A stretch of 63,975 bases of DNA, filler included, from Octopus bimaculoides (lineage: Eukaryota): NCBI RefSeq assembly GCF_001194135.2. It is 8 parts of 8 records of this genome, joined end to end, with 100 filler letters (N's around TTAATTAATTAA, not from the genome) between each part and the next. Parts side by side here need not be neighbours in the genome. Positions count along the whole stretch, not along the records: positions 4,543 to 17,502 come from NC_068994.1; positions 17,603 to 26,525 come from NC_069010.1; 6 more parts are not named here. One strand, given 5' to 3'. Both the position numbers and the translations under genes were made by a program. The notes beneath the pieces are model-generated. The model did not search any database, was not told where the DNA came from, and worked only from the letters and a program-made list of their open reading frames with translations. Of this stretch, positions 13,589 through 25,129 are shown piece by piece; position 1 is the first letter of the stretch; each line of letters begins with the position of its first letter.

Positions 13589-13651
13589 GAAAGCAGTCAT
13601 CTGGGAATTCAACACTACCTACAACACAGTCTTCCTTACAAAATATAGAAG
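13589..13651 (+). CDS. Candidate S/T-rich stalk exon of gene A (phase 1-1, 63 nt)
   Basis: Acceptor TTTATATTTGCAG| and donor GAAG|GTTTAT; encodes KQSSGNSTLPTTQSSLQNIE. Direct joining to the exon-1 donor at 13252 creates T|GA. Confidence 0.4.
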
Positions 13652-14227
13652 GTTTATATTACATTATTATGATTATCAAAATATCATCGTTTAATTTTTT
13701 TGACATAGGTCGGTCGAGTTCGTAATACAGTAGTTTCCCCCTTGTTCCTTGATACTTCAACAACTGTTCTATTGCATACAATGTTTAGAAGTCTTTTGTA
13801 GTTAATGCTTATCGCAGCTATCTTTCAATATAGGTTCGCAATGCTCAACAATTTTCCGAAAGTTGTTGTTGTACACACAACAGATTAATTTCAGTATATT
13901 CTTTTCTGGTGGCACTACATTCGTATAATTCATTGCCACATTTAACTTGTAGATACCAACTTGTGTAAAAAGGTCGAAAAATTTTTTGGTACTTCCATAA
14001 GAACTCTGTTGTTCCCAAAGCCAGTTAAACAGCCTACAGCTTTCAGTTTAAGTTTGCTATTCGTCATACATAAATTTTTATTGGTCCTTATGAATCCTAT
14101 GTAATTCCGGCAAATATGGTCTGGAAACTGTCTGAAACCATGCATTCTCTTTCAGCTTTCTTGTTCCTCTTATAACGTTGTATATTGACATCTGAAATTT
14201 TTTCATTTAAACATTTGAATATTTTAG

Positions 14228-14259
14228 TCAATATGGGTTCAGACATTTCTTCCAATCTT
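14228..14259 (+). CDS. Candidate short exon of gene A (phase 1-0)
   Basis: ATTTTAG|TC AAT ATG GGT TCA GAC ATT TCT TCC AAT CTT|GTAAGG (NMGSDISSNL) supplies the phase-0 end that the 19613 exon needs. It is short, so a chance match is possible. Confidence 0.3.
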
Positions 14260-15835
14260 GTAAGGGAAGGAGAAGGTGCTACACATTGAAAGTAATCTTA
14301 TTTGTTATCTAGTTCTTTTAATTTCTAGTAGTTAATTCATTTGGCTATTTTACCTATTATATTTCAAAGTAATGACCTCCTGGAAGCTGCAGTTATTCAG
14401 AACGTCTGATTTTATTATGAAATATGGCATTCTTGTACAAATACAATCTCGTACAATTTTTGTATTTGACACACGAAGAAATTCTGTTGTATCAAACACT
14501 GGCGGAGGACAAGTGTAAGTAGATTTTTTTTTAAATCTGAGTTTGTATGGTGATATATTTTATGAAATTACGATGTCACAATCTGCATGCATGACTAAAT
14601 GGCTAAGAAGTGCGCTTCACACCACGCAGCTCCTTGTCAGTCCTACTGTGCTGTACCTTCGACAAGTTGTCAAATAACTTTGGAATCCTGGCATATATGC
14701 AAGCAGGGATAATATGTATGTATGGATATGTGTGCGTGTTTGCATCTTTCTCTTTCTGTCTCTCCTTTCTCCCTCTTTCTCTATGTGTATATATATATAT
14801 GTATATATATANNNNNNNNNNNNNNNNNNNNNNNNNNNNNNNNNNNNNNNNNNNNNNNNNNNNNNNNNNNNNNNNNNNNNNNNNNNNNNNNNNNATATAT
14901 ATATATATATAAAGTTAATAAAAGAAAATGGAGGAGAAAAATGTAATAGATACTTGGTTCATTTTATTTGTATCACAATGGAAAAGTAATGCAAACTAAA
15001 AGTGATACCGATAAGAATAAGGATAAAAAGAATCGGATCAACAAAACAACCAAAAAACTCCGAAAAGTATTCTACACATATGTTTCAATCCCACAGTATG
15101 TTTGAATCATTCACATTCGAACGATTATAGATGTAATAAACCATATATTGCCGGGTGTCTTCAGGGAAAAGTTAGTATATTTTCCGGTCCTGAATTACGA
15201 AGTAACTAATTTGATGACTGTGTTTAGAAATTTTCAAATGTAAACAACTTATTAGGACGCGGAGTTCATGTGATTAGATATTGATCGTTGAAATTTAGCT
15301 AATATTAATCATTGAAATATTGCTAAAAAATCAAATGCGTTTGAAAAATATATTTATAATATATTTATAAACGTTTATGGGAGGTAGATGGGATAAAGAC
15401 AAATGTAACCAAGTACCTGTTACATATTTTCTTCTCCATTTTCTTTTGTTAACTTTAAAATTTATTAGACTGTTTATACATATATATTGAGGAACTTTCT
15501 TTCCATATATTTGATAAAACCAGTTGGCATTTGGATTGTTATTAACAATCCCCTTACGAGGAAATTATATCCTCAAAATATGAGTATATATATATATNNN
15601 NNNNNNNNNNNNNNNNNNNNNNNNNNNNNNNNNNNNNNNNNNNNNNNNNNNNNNNNNNNNNNNNNNNNNNNNNNNNNNNNNNNNNNNNNNNNNNNNNNNN
15701 NNNNNNNNNNNNNNNNNNNNNNNNNNNNNNNNNNNNNNNNNNNNNNNNNNNNNNNNNNNNNNNNNNNNNNNNNNNNNNNNNNNNNNNNNNNNNNNNNNNN
15801 NNNNNNNNNNNNNNNNNNNNNNNNNNNNNNNNNNN

Positions 15836-16012
15836 AAATTAGCACGCATGTCGCTCCAATTTTAGGAGGACATTGTTCATGACCTATCTGCGTTTTCGTC
15901 AACTTTTTCTCTCAGAGGCACCCGCGTATAGCTGTAAAAATCGATAAACTTTTACCAATTTTGAAGTTTGTTGACATGGCGAAGTCAAATCTGTGCGTAC
16001 GCGCGTGAAGGG

Positions 16013-16050
<38 letters not shown>

Positions 16051-17098
16051 AATAGTGTGTTTGTGACAGCGGGGGGGATAAAAGAGTGTCTGCTAGCGTC
16101 TAATAAAAAAAAAATGAAAAAGTGAGAAAGGCAGACAGAAATCAAAGCAAATTTTTCTAAGCAACACAGAGTTTACTTTGCTTGCGTCTAACAAAAAAAA
16201 AACAAAAGAACGAAAAAGTGGAAGAGGGAGGCAGAAAGCGTATTAGGAATGAAAATGTAGGTAAGGAAGGCAGAGTAAGTATAAAATGTAAAATGCATTT
16301 CTTTTTCTTAAACATGAGATATAGTTTAATATATACGATATTTTTGAAAGACACTATATTCTATAATGAGATTATATATACTTTCTCACACAATTCAAAT
16401 ATTTTAAATCATTTATTTGTTTTAAACCGTTCATCTTTCTCCCACTTCTCACTCTCACACACACGCACATATACTACTTTGGGAGCGAAAGAGTTTTGTT
16501 TATATTTCACAACAACTATGAAACAAAAATGTAACAATTTGTCAATCCCACCCCCAACCCGTTTTTCGGACCACAAAAAGGATTTGGTAATTTTTCAGAT
16601 TAACACCCGCACGATTTCCACTAGGGTGTTACGGTTAGGGTTAGGGTTAGGATTAGGGTTAGGGTTAAGGTTAGTGTTAGGGTTAGGATTAGGATTAGGG
16701 TTGGTGTTACGGTTACGGTTTTAGGGTTACGGTTTAGGGTTAGGGTTAGAGTTAACCTAGAAGAGACAGGCCCCTTATTTTTTGGTTAAGGCTGTTGGTA
16801 AGTTTTCCTAAGGTACTCCAATTCACATCCCCAATGCAAACCTTCAGATCAACCTTTTCCTATGCAGATCTCTAATGCAACTTTAAAAATAAACAGTCAA
16901 TGAGTGGAAATAACCAATAAACTTATACCTTATGGGATTTCCCAATCAAATTGCCAGCAAACCATTTTCAGCCAAACCAATTTCAACGGATTTCGCTCAA
17001 ATCTGATGTCCATGTTACTTATTTTGCTTTGAAATAAAGCACTTGATCACTTAATAATCCTTAGCTTAATCCCGAGCAGCGCCGGGCTATACTGCTAG
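15836..17098 (+). mobile_element. Non-autonomous Helitron (5' end probably in the gap)
   Basis: Canonical 3' end: GC-rich hairpin CCCGAGCAGCGCCGGG (17071-17086) followed by CTAG (17095-17098) and then T. The left boundary is a guess. Confidence 0.6.
16621..16757 (+). repeat. Interstitial telomere-like (TTAGGG)n tract, degenerate
   Basis: About 20 units of TTAGGG mixed with TTACGG, TTAGGA and TTAAGG variants. Confidence 0.85.
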
Positions 17099-17104
17099 TA
17101 AATA

Positions 17105-17345
17105 TATATATACTCTTACTCTTTACTCTTTTACTTGTTTCAGTCATTTGACTGTGGCCATGCTGGAGCACCGCCCTTGTAGTCGAGCAAATCAACCCCA
17201 GGACTTATTCTTTGTAAGCCTAGCAATTATTCTATCGGTTTCTTTTGCCGAACCGCTAAGTTACAGGGACGTAAACACACCAGCATCGGTTGTCAAGCGA
17301 TGTTGGGGGAACAAACACAGACACACAAACATATACATACACATA
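17105..17345 (-). mobile_element. SINE family 1, 3' half
   Basis: Reverse complement of the family-1 tail (...CATGGCCACAGTCAAATGACTGAAACAAGTAAAAGAGTAAAGAG). Confidence 0.85.
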
Positions 17346-17428
17346 CATATAAATATATACATATGTAAATATATAAAAACAAAAAGATAAAGAGAGCAAA
17401 GGTAAGGTTGAAGATTTTTATGGATAGA

Positions 17429-17477
17429 GTCTTACAGCTGTTTCTGGGAAAATCCAGTACTTCCCTTCATCGGAGAC
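17429..17477 (-). ncRNA. Minimal type I hammerhead ribozyme-like motif (probably a degenerate Penelope-like terminal repeat)
   Basis: Reverse complement reads GUCU CCGAUGA AGGGAA-loop-UUCCCA GAAA CAGCUG UA AGAC: stem I, core, stem II, palindromic stem III and a GUA cleavage triplet. The stem II closing pair is broken (A-A). Confidence 0.5.
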
Positions 17478-17939
17478 AGAAAAAATAAAGTAATCTATTA
17501 TTNNNNNNNNNNNNNNNNNNNNNNNNNNNNNNNNNNNNNNNNNNNNTTAATTAATTAANNNNNNNNNNNNNNNNNNNNNNNNNNNNNNNNNNNNNNNNNN
17601 NNTATATATAGTTCATAATGTTGAAAGATATAGTACATCAAAAATGTGCTGCCAGTAATGGAAGCATATAAACGCTGCTAATATCCAGCGCCTCCTTCAT
17701 TAGGGTGGATAGATAATGGTAGATAGATAATGGTAGATAGATAAGTCACTTAATCATTAAAAGGCAAGTTTGTATCTGTTTATATGAATCATTGTCACCA
17801 CATCTCACTTGGATTCTCCATATAACCACTCCTTACCCTACTGACTTGATCTTCGGGGAAGATATCGGATTCTAAGTTCAAATCATTTGAACGCTAAAAA
17901 GATTTTACTATATTCAGATTCTCTCGATCGCATTTGTCG

Positions 17940-17986
<47 letters not shown>

Positions 17987-18004
17987 GTGTGTGTGTGTTT
18001 ATAT

Positions 18005-18541
18005 ATAATGATGACCATTAAAGTGGACATTTTATGTGCTAGAAATAGATCACATGTTGTGTCTACTAAGACCTAATAGTTCTCATAAGAAATTCAGCGA
18101 AATACCAAACCGTATGCGAGCAAGACTGAAAATTACATACATAAAATTAAAACGTTATTCGTGGACCGGCTTCGGAACTAAAATTCTCTTACCGAGAAAA
18201 TCTGTCCCTCTTCAGCATGAACTGCAAGGAAATTATAATTCTCAGAATCTTATACAAGTTGTTCACCCCTAGAGGCGAACGTGCATATGGTTCTCCTAAT
18301 TACAACGTACTGGTAAAAATCAAATGCCCTCGTTTTGGCGCGCTAATTACGGAAATATCTCTGCAGAAAATGGTTAGGTTACTGCGTAGAATATATCCAA
18401 TTTGAGAACTTGGTTTTGGTTAATCAAATTAAAACATAGGGTATTTCGCTGAATTTCTTTTGAGAACTATTAGGTCTTAGTAAACACAACATGTGATCTT
18501 CTTCTAGCACATTAAATGTCCACTTTAGTGGTCATCATTAT
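18005..18541. mobile_element. MITE with about 100-bp terminal inverted repeats
   Basis: 18005-18106 is the near-exact reverse complement of 18440-18541 (few mismatches), with TA-rich flanks and no coding interior. Confidence 0.85.
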
Positions 18542-19269
18542 ATATAAACATATACCTTAATNNNNNNNNNNNNNNNNNNNNNNNNNNNNNNNNNNNNNNN
18601 NNNNNNNNNNNNNNNNNNNNNNNNNNNNNNNNNNNNNNNNNNNNNNNNNNNNNNNNNNNNNNNNNNNNNNNNNNNNNNNNNNNNNNNNNNNNNNNNNNNN
18701 NNNNNNNNNNNNNNNNNNNNNNNNNNNNNNNNNNNNNNNNNNNNNNNNNNNNNNNNNNNNNNNNNNNNNNNNNNNNNNNNNNNNNNNNNNNNNNNNNNNN
18801 NNNNNNNNNNNNNNNNNNNNNNNNNNNNNNNNNNNNNNNNNNNNNNNNNNNNNNNNNNNNNNNNNNNNNNNNNNNNNNNNNNNNNNNNNNNNNNNNNNNN
18901 NNNNNNNNNNNNNNNNNNNNNNNNNNNNNNNNNNNNNNNNNNNNNNNNNNNNNNNNNNNNNNNNNNNNNNNNNNNNNNNNNNNNNNNNNNNNNNNNNNNN
19001 NNNNNNNNNNNNNNNNNNNNNNNNNNNNNNNNNNNNNNNNNNNNNNNNNNNNNNNNNNNNNNNNNNNNNNNNNNNNNNNNNNNNNNNNNNNNNNNNNNNN
19101 NNNNNNNNNNNNNNNNNNNNNNNNNNNNNNNNNNNNNNNNNNNNNNNNNNNNNNNNNNNNNNNNNNNNNNNNNNNNNNNNNNNNNNNNNNNNNNNNNNNN
19201 NNNNNNNNNNNNNNNNNNNNNNNNNNNNNNNNNNNNNNNNNNNATATATATATATATATATATATATAT

Positions 19270-19580
19270 ATACGACGGGCTTCTTTCAGTTTCCGCCTAA
19301 CAAATCCACTCAAGGTTTTGGTCGTCTCGAGGCTATACTAGAAGGCGCTTGAAGAAGGTGTTACGCAGTGGGACTGAACCTGGAACCATGTGGTAGGGAA
19401 GCAAACTTCTTACCACACAGCCACGGCTACATTACAGGCTTTTTTCAGTTTCCTTGAACCAATTCCACTCAGAAGGCATTGAGATGGATTAGTCTATAGT
19501 AGAAGGCCCATCCCCAAGATGTTACTGGTATCATGTGATTGAAAATCATGCTTTTTCCCACACAGCCACGCCTGCGCCTA
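19270..19580 (-). mobile_element. Two tandem SINE family 1 5' halves
   Basis: Two successive reverse-complement copies of the head ending in ...CCACACAGCCACG. Confidence 0.75.
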
Positions 19581-19612
19581 TTCTAATTCATTCTTCCTTT
19601 TGTCTTTGTCAG

Positions 19613-19772
19613 AAACCTTTGACATTTACCGAAGCCAGTCAGAGCAATTGTTCCGATGGGAGAACATTTAGCAACATCGGAACATTAAGCTTTTCGGAGT
19701 TTTGTGGAAATGTGAGCTGCCAGTTTTCTACTGGCAATATATTCCGGGAATACCGAATGTGGCACTTTGAGA
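19613..19772 (+). CDS. Candidate ectodomain exon of gene A (phase 0-1, 160 nt)
   Basis: Branch-like CTAAT, long pyrimidine tract, TTTGTCAG| acceptor and strong donor GAGA|GTAAGT. Encodes KPLTFTEASQSNCSDGRTFSNIGTLSFSEFCGNVSCQFSTGNIFREYRMWHFE (3 Cys; NCS and NVS sequons) and joins in frame to every TM exon. Confidence 0.6.
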
Positions 19773-21010
19773 GTAAGTGAGGAAATTCACGATTTGGAAA
19801 GAAGTATTTTGCAAGTTGTTTTAAAATTATTTAATCCCCATCATCATCATCACTTAGTGACCTTTCTCCATGCTGGTATGGTTTTAGATGGTTTGACTGG
19901 AGTTGTTAAGTTCAAGGCTTCGAACGTCTGTTTTGGTTTCGTTTCTTTGACTGAATGACCTTCATAACGCTGACCACTTAACAGAGTGGACTGGGTGCAT
20001 TTTACGTCTCCTTAGGATGGGGCAGTTTTACGTGTCTCTCGTAGTGGAGCGTGGGCTAGTAACTAAACACATCTAGTTCCCGCTGGAGAAGCTACCCAAA
20101 TGCGAGACCGAACGAGAGAACTATCACATTATCATGCCTTTTGGTGTTCCCGCTGGTTGAACCTGGAAAGGAAAGTCTGAGACCTCTAGGCCAATCTTTA
20201 TGATTTCATTAAGGGCGGAATGGTGAGGACGGCAGCCACAGCCATAATGACATGAACAAAGGTGGAAGCCATGAGAACCTACTATGAATCCGCAGATGAA
20301 TTTTTCTCCCATTATCGACATCTCATATATTAATTTCATTTTTGCATTACTTGTTAATGAATATGTTGTCTCTAAAATCCCTATTCGGGGTGTCCTGCAG
20401 TCGGGGCGAATAGATGCACAGATCTTGAGAGGGGATCTGTGGAGCTGACACAAGTGTTTTTTACGTGGTCCAGGCAAGAGTGACTTATGACATCAAAATG
20501 GCACAAGAAAACTTTTTGTGGAGCAAGCAGGAGCACGCGGTACATGGTTACAGAAAGAACGCTGTGTACTCAGAGGTGGCACTAGTAACTGTTACGTAAC
20601 GCCGGCATGAACGCTTTTAGGATGGGTTCTTTTAACGTTGCGATATATATATATATATATANNNNNNNNNNNNNNNNNNNNNNNNNNNNNNNNNNNNNNN
20701 NNNNNNNNNNNNNNNNNNNNNNGTCTGTTTTTTATGTTTTATTTATATTCTGGTAAAATTAATGTGGGATATAGAATATGGAATATATAATATATAATAT
20801 AAAAATGGATGGTACAATGAAATGAAGTATTGAATGTCTTATTGAATATATGGAATATGTCTTATTGAATATATGAAATATTGAGTGTTCAATATAAAGG
20901 ATTAAATATATAAAGGCGAATACATATTTTCAATACCTTGTGGTATTTCATCATGGCCGGTATCTGACAGACTGTAACGGACAGTCTGTTACAGTCTTTC
21001 AGATACCGGC

Positions 21011-21057
<47 letters not shown>

Positions 21058-21514
21058 GTTTGATCATCCTGATCATCACTCATCATCACCCAATTTCCGT
21101 TTTGGCTTAGATTGCACGGTTTCACCGCAGCTGGCAAGTAGAACAACTAAATTAGGTTCCAGTTTGATTTGCTTCGGTTTTACGGTTGGATGCCCTTCCT
21201 AACGTCGGCCACTTTGCAGAGTGTCACCCTAAGCATTTTCCTCGGTCGTTAATAATTTTTTCAAATCTTGGCACAAGGCCAGCAATTTCAGGAACATGTT
21301 TATGTCCATTACCCTTACATATTTTATCGACCCCAAAATGACGAAAGGCAGAGTTGATGTCAGTTGAATTTCATTTCAGAACGTAATGACAGCCGAAACG
21401 CCACGAAGCATTTTGTCCGGCATCCTAAAGATTCTATCAACACATTAGTTTCTCTTGTGACAGTACTCCATTCCGATATTTAATCATATAATAAAATTTC
21501 ATGATATTTTCCAG

Positions 21515-21658
21515 GTGAAGAATTTTCCACAAGAATTGTTAGCGCCGAATATATTCTTCTGCTTGCTTCTTGTGCTCTATTCATTGAGGCCATCATAGTT
21601 TGTTACTTTCTCTTCAAGAAGTTCATGAGAAAAATGAGAATTCTTAAACGCCGAAATG
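21515..21658 (+). CDS. Gene A transmembrane exon copy 1 (phase 1-1, 144 nt)
   Basis: CATGATATTTTCCAG|GTGAAG...AATG|GTATTT; encodes EEFSTRIVSAEYILLLASCALFIEAIIVCYFLFKKFMRKMRILKRRN. Confidence 0.78.
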
Positions 21659-22195
21659 GTATTTTCATTTTATTTATATATTTAAAGAATTTGTTTTAGA
21701 TGCTTGAAACCCCATTGTTACAAACGGTTGATTTAAGTGTAAATTGCTTTCATATTTAGGCACATGGACAGCAATTTCGAGGGAGAGTCTAAGTCGATTC
21801 TATCGACCTCACTGTGCATCTAGCACTTATTTTCTCGAACCGAAAGAATGAACGACAAAGCGGACTCTGCGAAATTTGAAATCAGAACATAAAGACGAAC
21901 GAAATGCTGTAAGAATTTTATCCGGTGTGCAAACGATTGTACTACCTCACTGCGTTTCGAAACCTAAATATTGATTTCAAGATTCGACACACATCTATGA
22001 ATTTCGGGAAGGGTTGAGTCGATTACATTCACCTCTGTTCTCAAGTTTTATACATTTTTACAGTCACGTAAAGGTGGACAATATGCTTCCTGGCATTTTG
22101 TCCAGCTTCCTATCGAGTCCACCAGCAAATCGCCCTATATATTATTTCATTATGATATTTAGCCTATTATAATAGTCTTTCATGATCTTTTCCAG

Positions 22196-22324
22196 GTGAA
22201 CATTCTTCAGCCAGGAATCTTACCACCGAAGTTGTTCTTCGGTTTGTATTCTTTGTTCTACTCTTTGCTACGGGCATACCTGTTTCCATTGGTTGCCAGA
22301 TGAGAAAAGAGAAATCTCTTAAAT
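22196..22324 (+). CDS. Gene A transmembrane exon copy 2 (phase 1-1, 129 nt)
   Basis: CATGATCTTTTCCAG|GTGAAC...AAAT|GTGAGG; encodes EHSSARNLTTEVVLRFVFFVLLFATGIPVSIGCQMRKEKSLK. The donor homologous to the other copies (after 22333) is GC, and an alternative phase-1 GT lies after 22330. Confidence 0.7.
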
Positions 22325-22349
22325 GTGAGGGTGGCATATTGATTTTATT

Positions 22350-22667
22350 CTTTTCTTTCATTCTTCTACTTTCTATGACTTGTTTCAGTGCGTTTGACTG
22401 CGGCCATGTTGGAGCACAGTGGAATGAGTCGGCCGCAGAACTTCTTCTTTTAAGCCTAGTGCATATTCTGTCGGTCTCCATTACCGGAGCGCTAATGGCA
22501 CGGGAACGTAAACACACCGACACACCGACATACCTTGCCGTATAGTGATGTGAGAAAATACAAATAAACATATACACACACATACGCGCGCGCGCGCACA
22601 CACATACGCGCGCGCGCGCACACACACATACGCGCGCGCGCGCACATAGATAGATGTATACATATAC

Positions 22668-22720
<53 letters not shown>

Positions 22721-22975
22721 TGTGTGTGTGTGTGTGTGTCTGTGTGCGCGTGCGTGCGTACATGTGTGTTTGTGTGAGTGCGTGTGCGTGTGAGTGTTTG
22801 TGTATCTCCTGTGTGTACATACGATGAGCTTCTTTCAGTTTCTTAGAAATCCATTCACAAGGACTTGGTTGGCGTGTGGTTATAGCAGAAGGTGCCACGC
22901 AACGATACTGAACCAGGAAACATGTGGTTGGGAAGCAATTTCCTTACCACACACCCACACCAGCGCCTGTGCTTG
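22350..22975 (-). mobile_element. Old SINE family 1 insertion just downstream of TM exon 2
   Basis: Degenerate full-length copy with an expanded central microsatellite; the duplicated-unit intron sequence resumes after it (GCTTGATGCTCCATTGTTAC). Confidence 0.75.
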
Positions 22976-23500
22976 ATGCTCCATTGTTACTTCGGTTCGG
23001 TACAGTTGGTTTAAATATAAATTGGTTATATAATCTGGCACAAGGCCAGCAATTTCGGGGATGAGGCTACATCGACTACATCGACCTCAATGCGCAGCTG
23101 GTACTTATGTTATCAACCTGAAATCATGAAAGGTAGAGCCGAAAATTGTAGAATTTGAACTCAGAACATAAAGACGGATGAAATGCCGCTAAGTATTTTG
23201 TCCGCTGTTCTAACGATTCTGCCAGCTCATCACCTTATTAAACCTAAACATTAGTTTCAAATTTTAACTCAAGCCCAACAATTTGGGGGCCGGGATAAGG
23301 CGATCACATCAACCTCATTACGAAAATGATGATTAATGTTTCGACCCCAGTATATTAAGTCAGAACGTAAGGCCGGACGAAATGCCGCTAAGCATTTTGT
23401 CCGACATGCTAACGATTTATCCCGTAAGTCTCCATTTCATGTAATAATATTCAATTAGGATATTTAAGGTGTTATAATAAATTTTCATGATCTTTTCCAG

Positions 23501-23632
23501 GTGAAGATTCTCTCCTATCGATTTGTACTGCGAATACTTTCTTTTGGGTTTTAACTATTCTTCTGTTCATAGCATGGATCATAGTTTCTTTCAGTTTGAT
23601 TATAATTGGAAATCAATTGGAAACTCTCAAAG
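23501..23632 (+). CDS. Gene A transmembrane exon copy 3 (phase 1-1, 132 nt; 141 nt with the donor after 23641)
   Basis: CATGATCTTTTCCAG|GTGAAG...AAAG|GTAAAA or AATA|GTATTT; encodes EDSLLSICTANTFFWVLTILLFIAWIIVSFSLIIIGNQLETLK. Confidence 0.75.
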
Positions 23633-23659
23633 GTAAAAATAGTATTTTTGTTTTATTCT

Positions 23660-24050
23660 TTTCTTTCATTCTTCTATTCTTTCCTTCGTTCCAGTCATTT
23701 TTCTTCGGTCACGCTGGAGCAAATTCTTGAAGGTTTTCAGTCGAAAGAATTGACCCATGTAGTTTTTTTTTTAATCCTAGCAATCTATCGTTCTTAATGC
23801 CAAAACGCTAAGTTACGAATATGCGAACAAACCAACAACGATTATCAGCGGTGATGGGGAGACAAAAACAGACACACACACTCACATTTACGGGTTTCTT
23901 TCAGTTTCCGGCCAACAAATCCTCTCACAAGGCTTTAGTCTTAGTGAGGCTGTAGTAGAATACACCTGCTGAAGGTGTCACGCTGAAGGACAGATACGGG
24001 AAGCATGTGGTTTGTATGAAAGCTCGTTACCACACTGCAACACATTGCTA
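23660..24050 (-). mobile_element. Old SINE family 1 insertion just downstream of TM exon 3
   Basis: Degenerate copy in the same orientation and at the same offset from the exon as the copy after TM exon 2. Confidence 0.7.
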
Positions 24051-25012
24051 CTTACTTTACTTCTGTACAGTTGTTTTAGTGAAAATTGGTTTCATATTTT
24101 GGCACAAGGCCAGCAAGTTCAGGCAGAATCTAAGTGGATTTCTCCGACTCAAGTATTCAGCTGCTACTTTTTTTTTTATCGAACCTGAAATAATGAAAAG
24201 CAAAGGCGACCTCGTTGAAATTTAAACTCACAACGTAAAGATGGATGAAATGCCACAAAGCACTTTTCCCGGCATGCCTTGTATAATAAATAATCATTTC
24301 GACTCTAGGAACAACGCTTTCAAAATTTGCGGGAGGAGAAGGGGGATAATCGATTACATCGACCCCAGTGCGTAACTGGTACTTATTTCATCAACCGAAA
24401 GGATCAAAGCCAAATTTGGCCTCGGCGGAATTTGAAGTAAGAAAGCAGCGGCAGACGAAATACCGCTGAGCATTTCGCCCGGCGTGCTAACGATTTTACC
24501 AGCTGGTTGCATTATATAATAAATAATACTGGTTTCATATTTCGGAACAAGGCCACCAATTTCGCGGAAGGTTGTTAGTTGATTACCTAAACCCTACTCT
24601 CAATTGTTATTTATTTTATCGAAACCAAAGAAGGACGGGATGTAAACACCATCTCAGTTGAAATTGAACCTCAGAATGTAGAGAAAGACGAAATGCCGCA
24701 AAGCATTTCGTCCGGTGCGCTAACGATTCATCCCCCTTGCCAGTTTACTAAAGCTAAATATAATTTTTAAATTGTGACACGAGGCCTGCAATTTTGGGGA
24801 CGGAGTCAAATCGTTTATATCGCCCCCGCAGTGTCAACTATTATTTATTTTATGGACTTCGAAATTTGAACTCAGAACGTAAAGCCAGATGAAATGCCGT
24901 TAACGAATTAGCGAAAAGATCTAATGATTAATTTAGCTCATCACCTTCCCATCCGATAATATTTCATTATAATATTTAGCATATTTTAGATTTCTTTCAT
25001 AATCTTTTACAG

Positions 25013-25129
25013 TTGAAGATCGTCTCAAAGGAACTAGCACTACCGCCATTGTCATTTCGCGTGTATTTCTTCCGGAGCTCATTCTACTGATCATGCCTTT
25101 TACCTATAGGTGCAGAAAATGTGAAAAGG
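25013..25129 (+). CDS. Gene A transmembrane-like exon copy 4 (phase 1-1, 117 nt; weakest helix)
   Basis: CATAATCTTTTACAG|TTGAAG...AAGG|GTATTT; encodes EDRLKGTSTTAIVISRVFLPELILLIMPFTYRCRKCEK. The hydrophobic core is interrupted by R, P and E. Confidence 0.55.

Noticed and set aside
14440-14514. Strong donor AAGT|GTAAGT preceded by a frame containing ITIM-like LLYQTL
   Set aside because: There is no convincing acceptor, and it lies upstream of the TM exons, where a cytoplasmic motif makes no topological sense.
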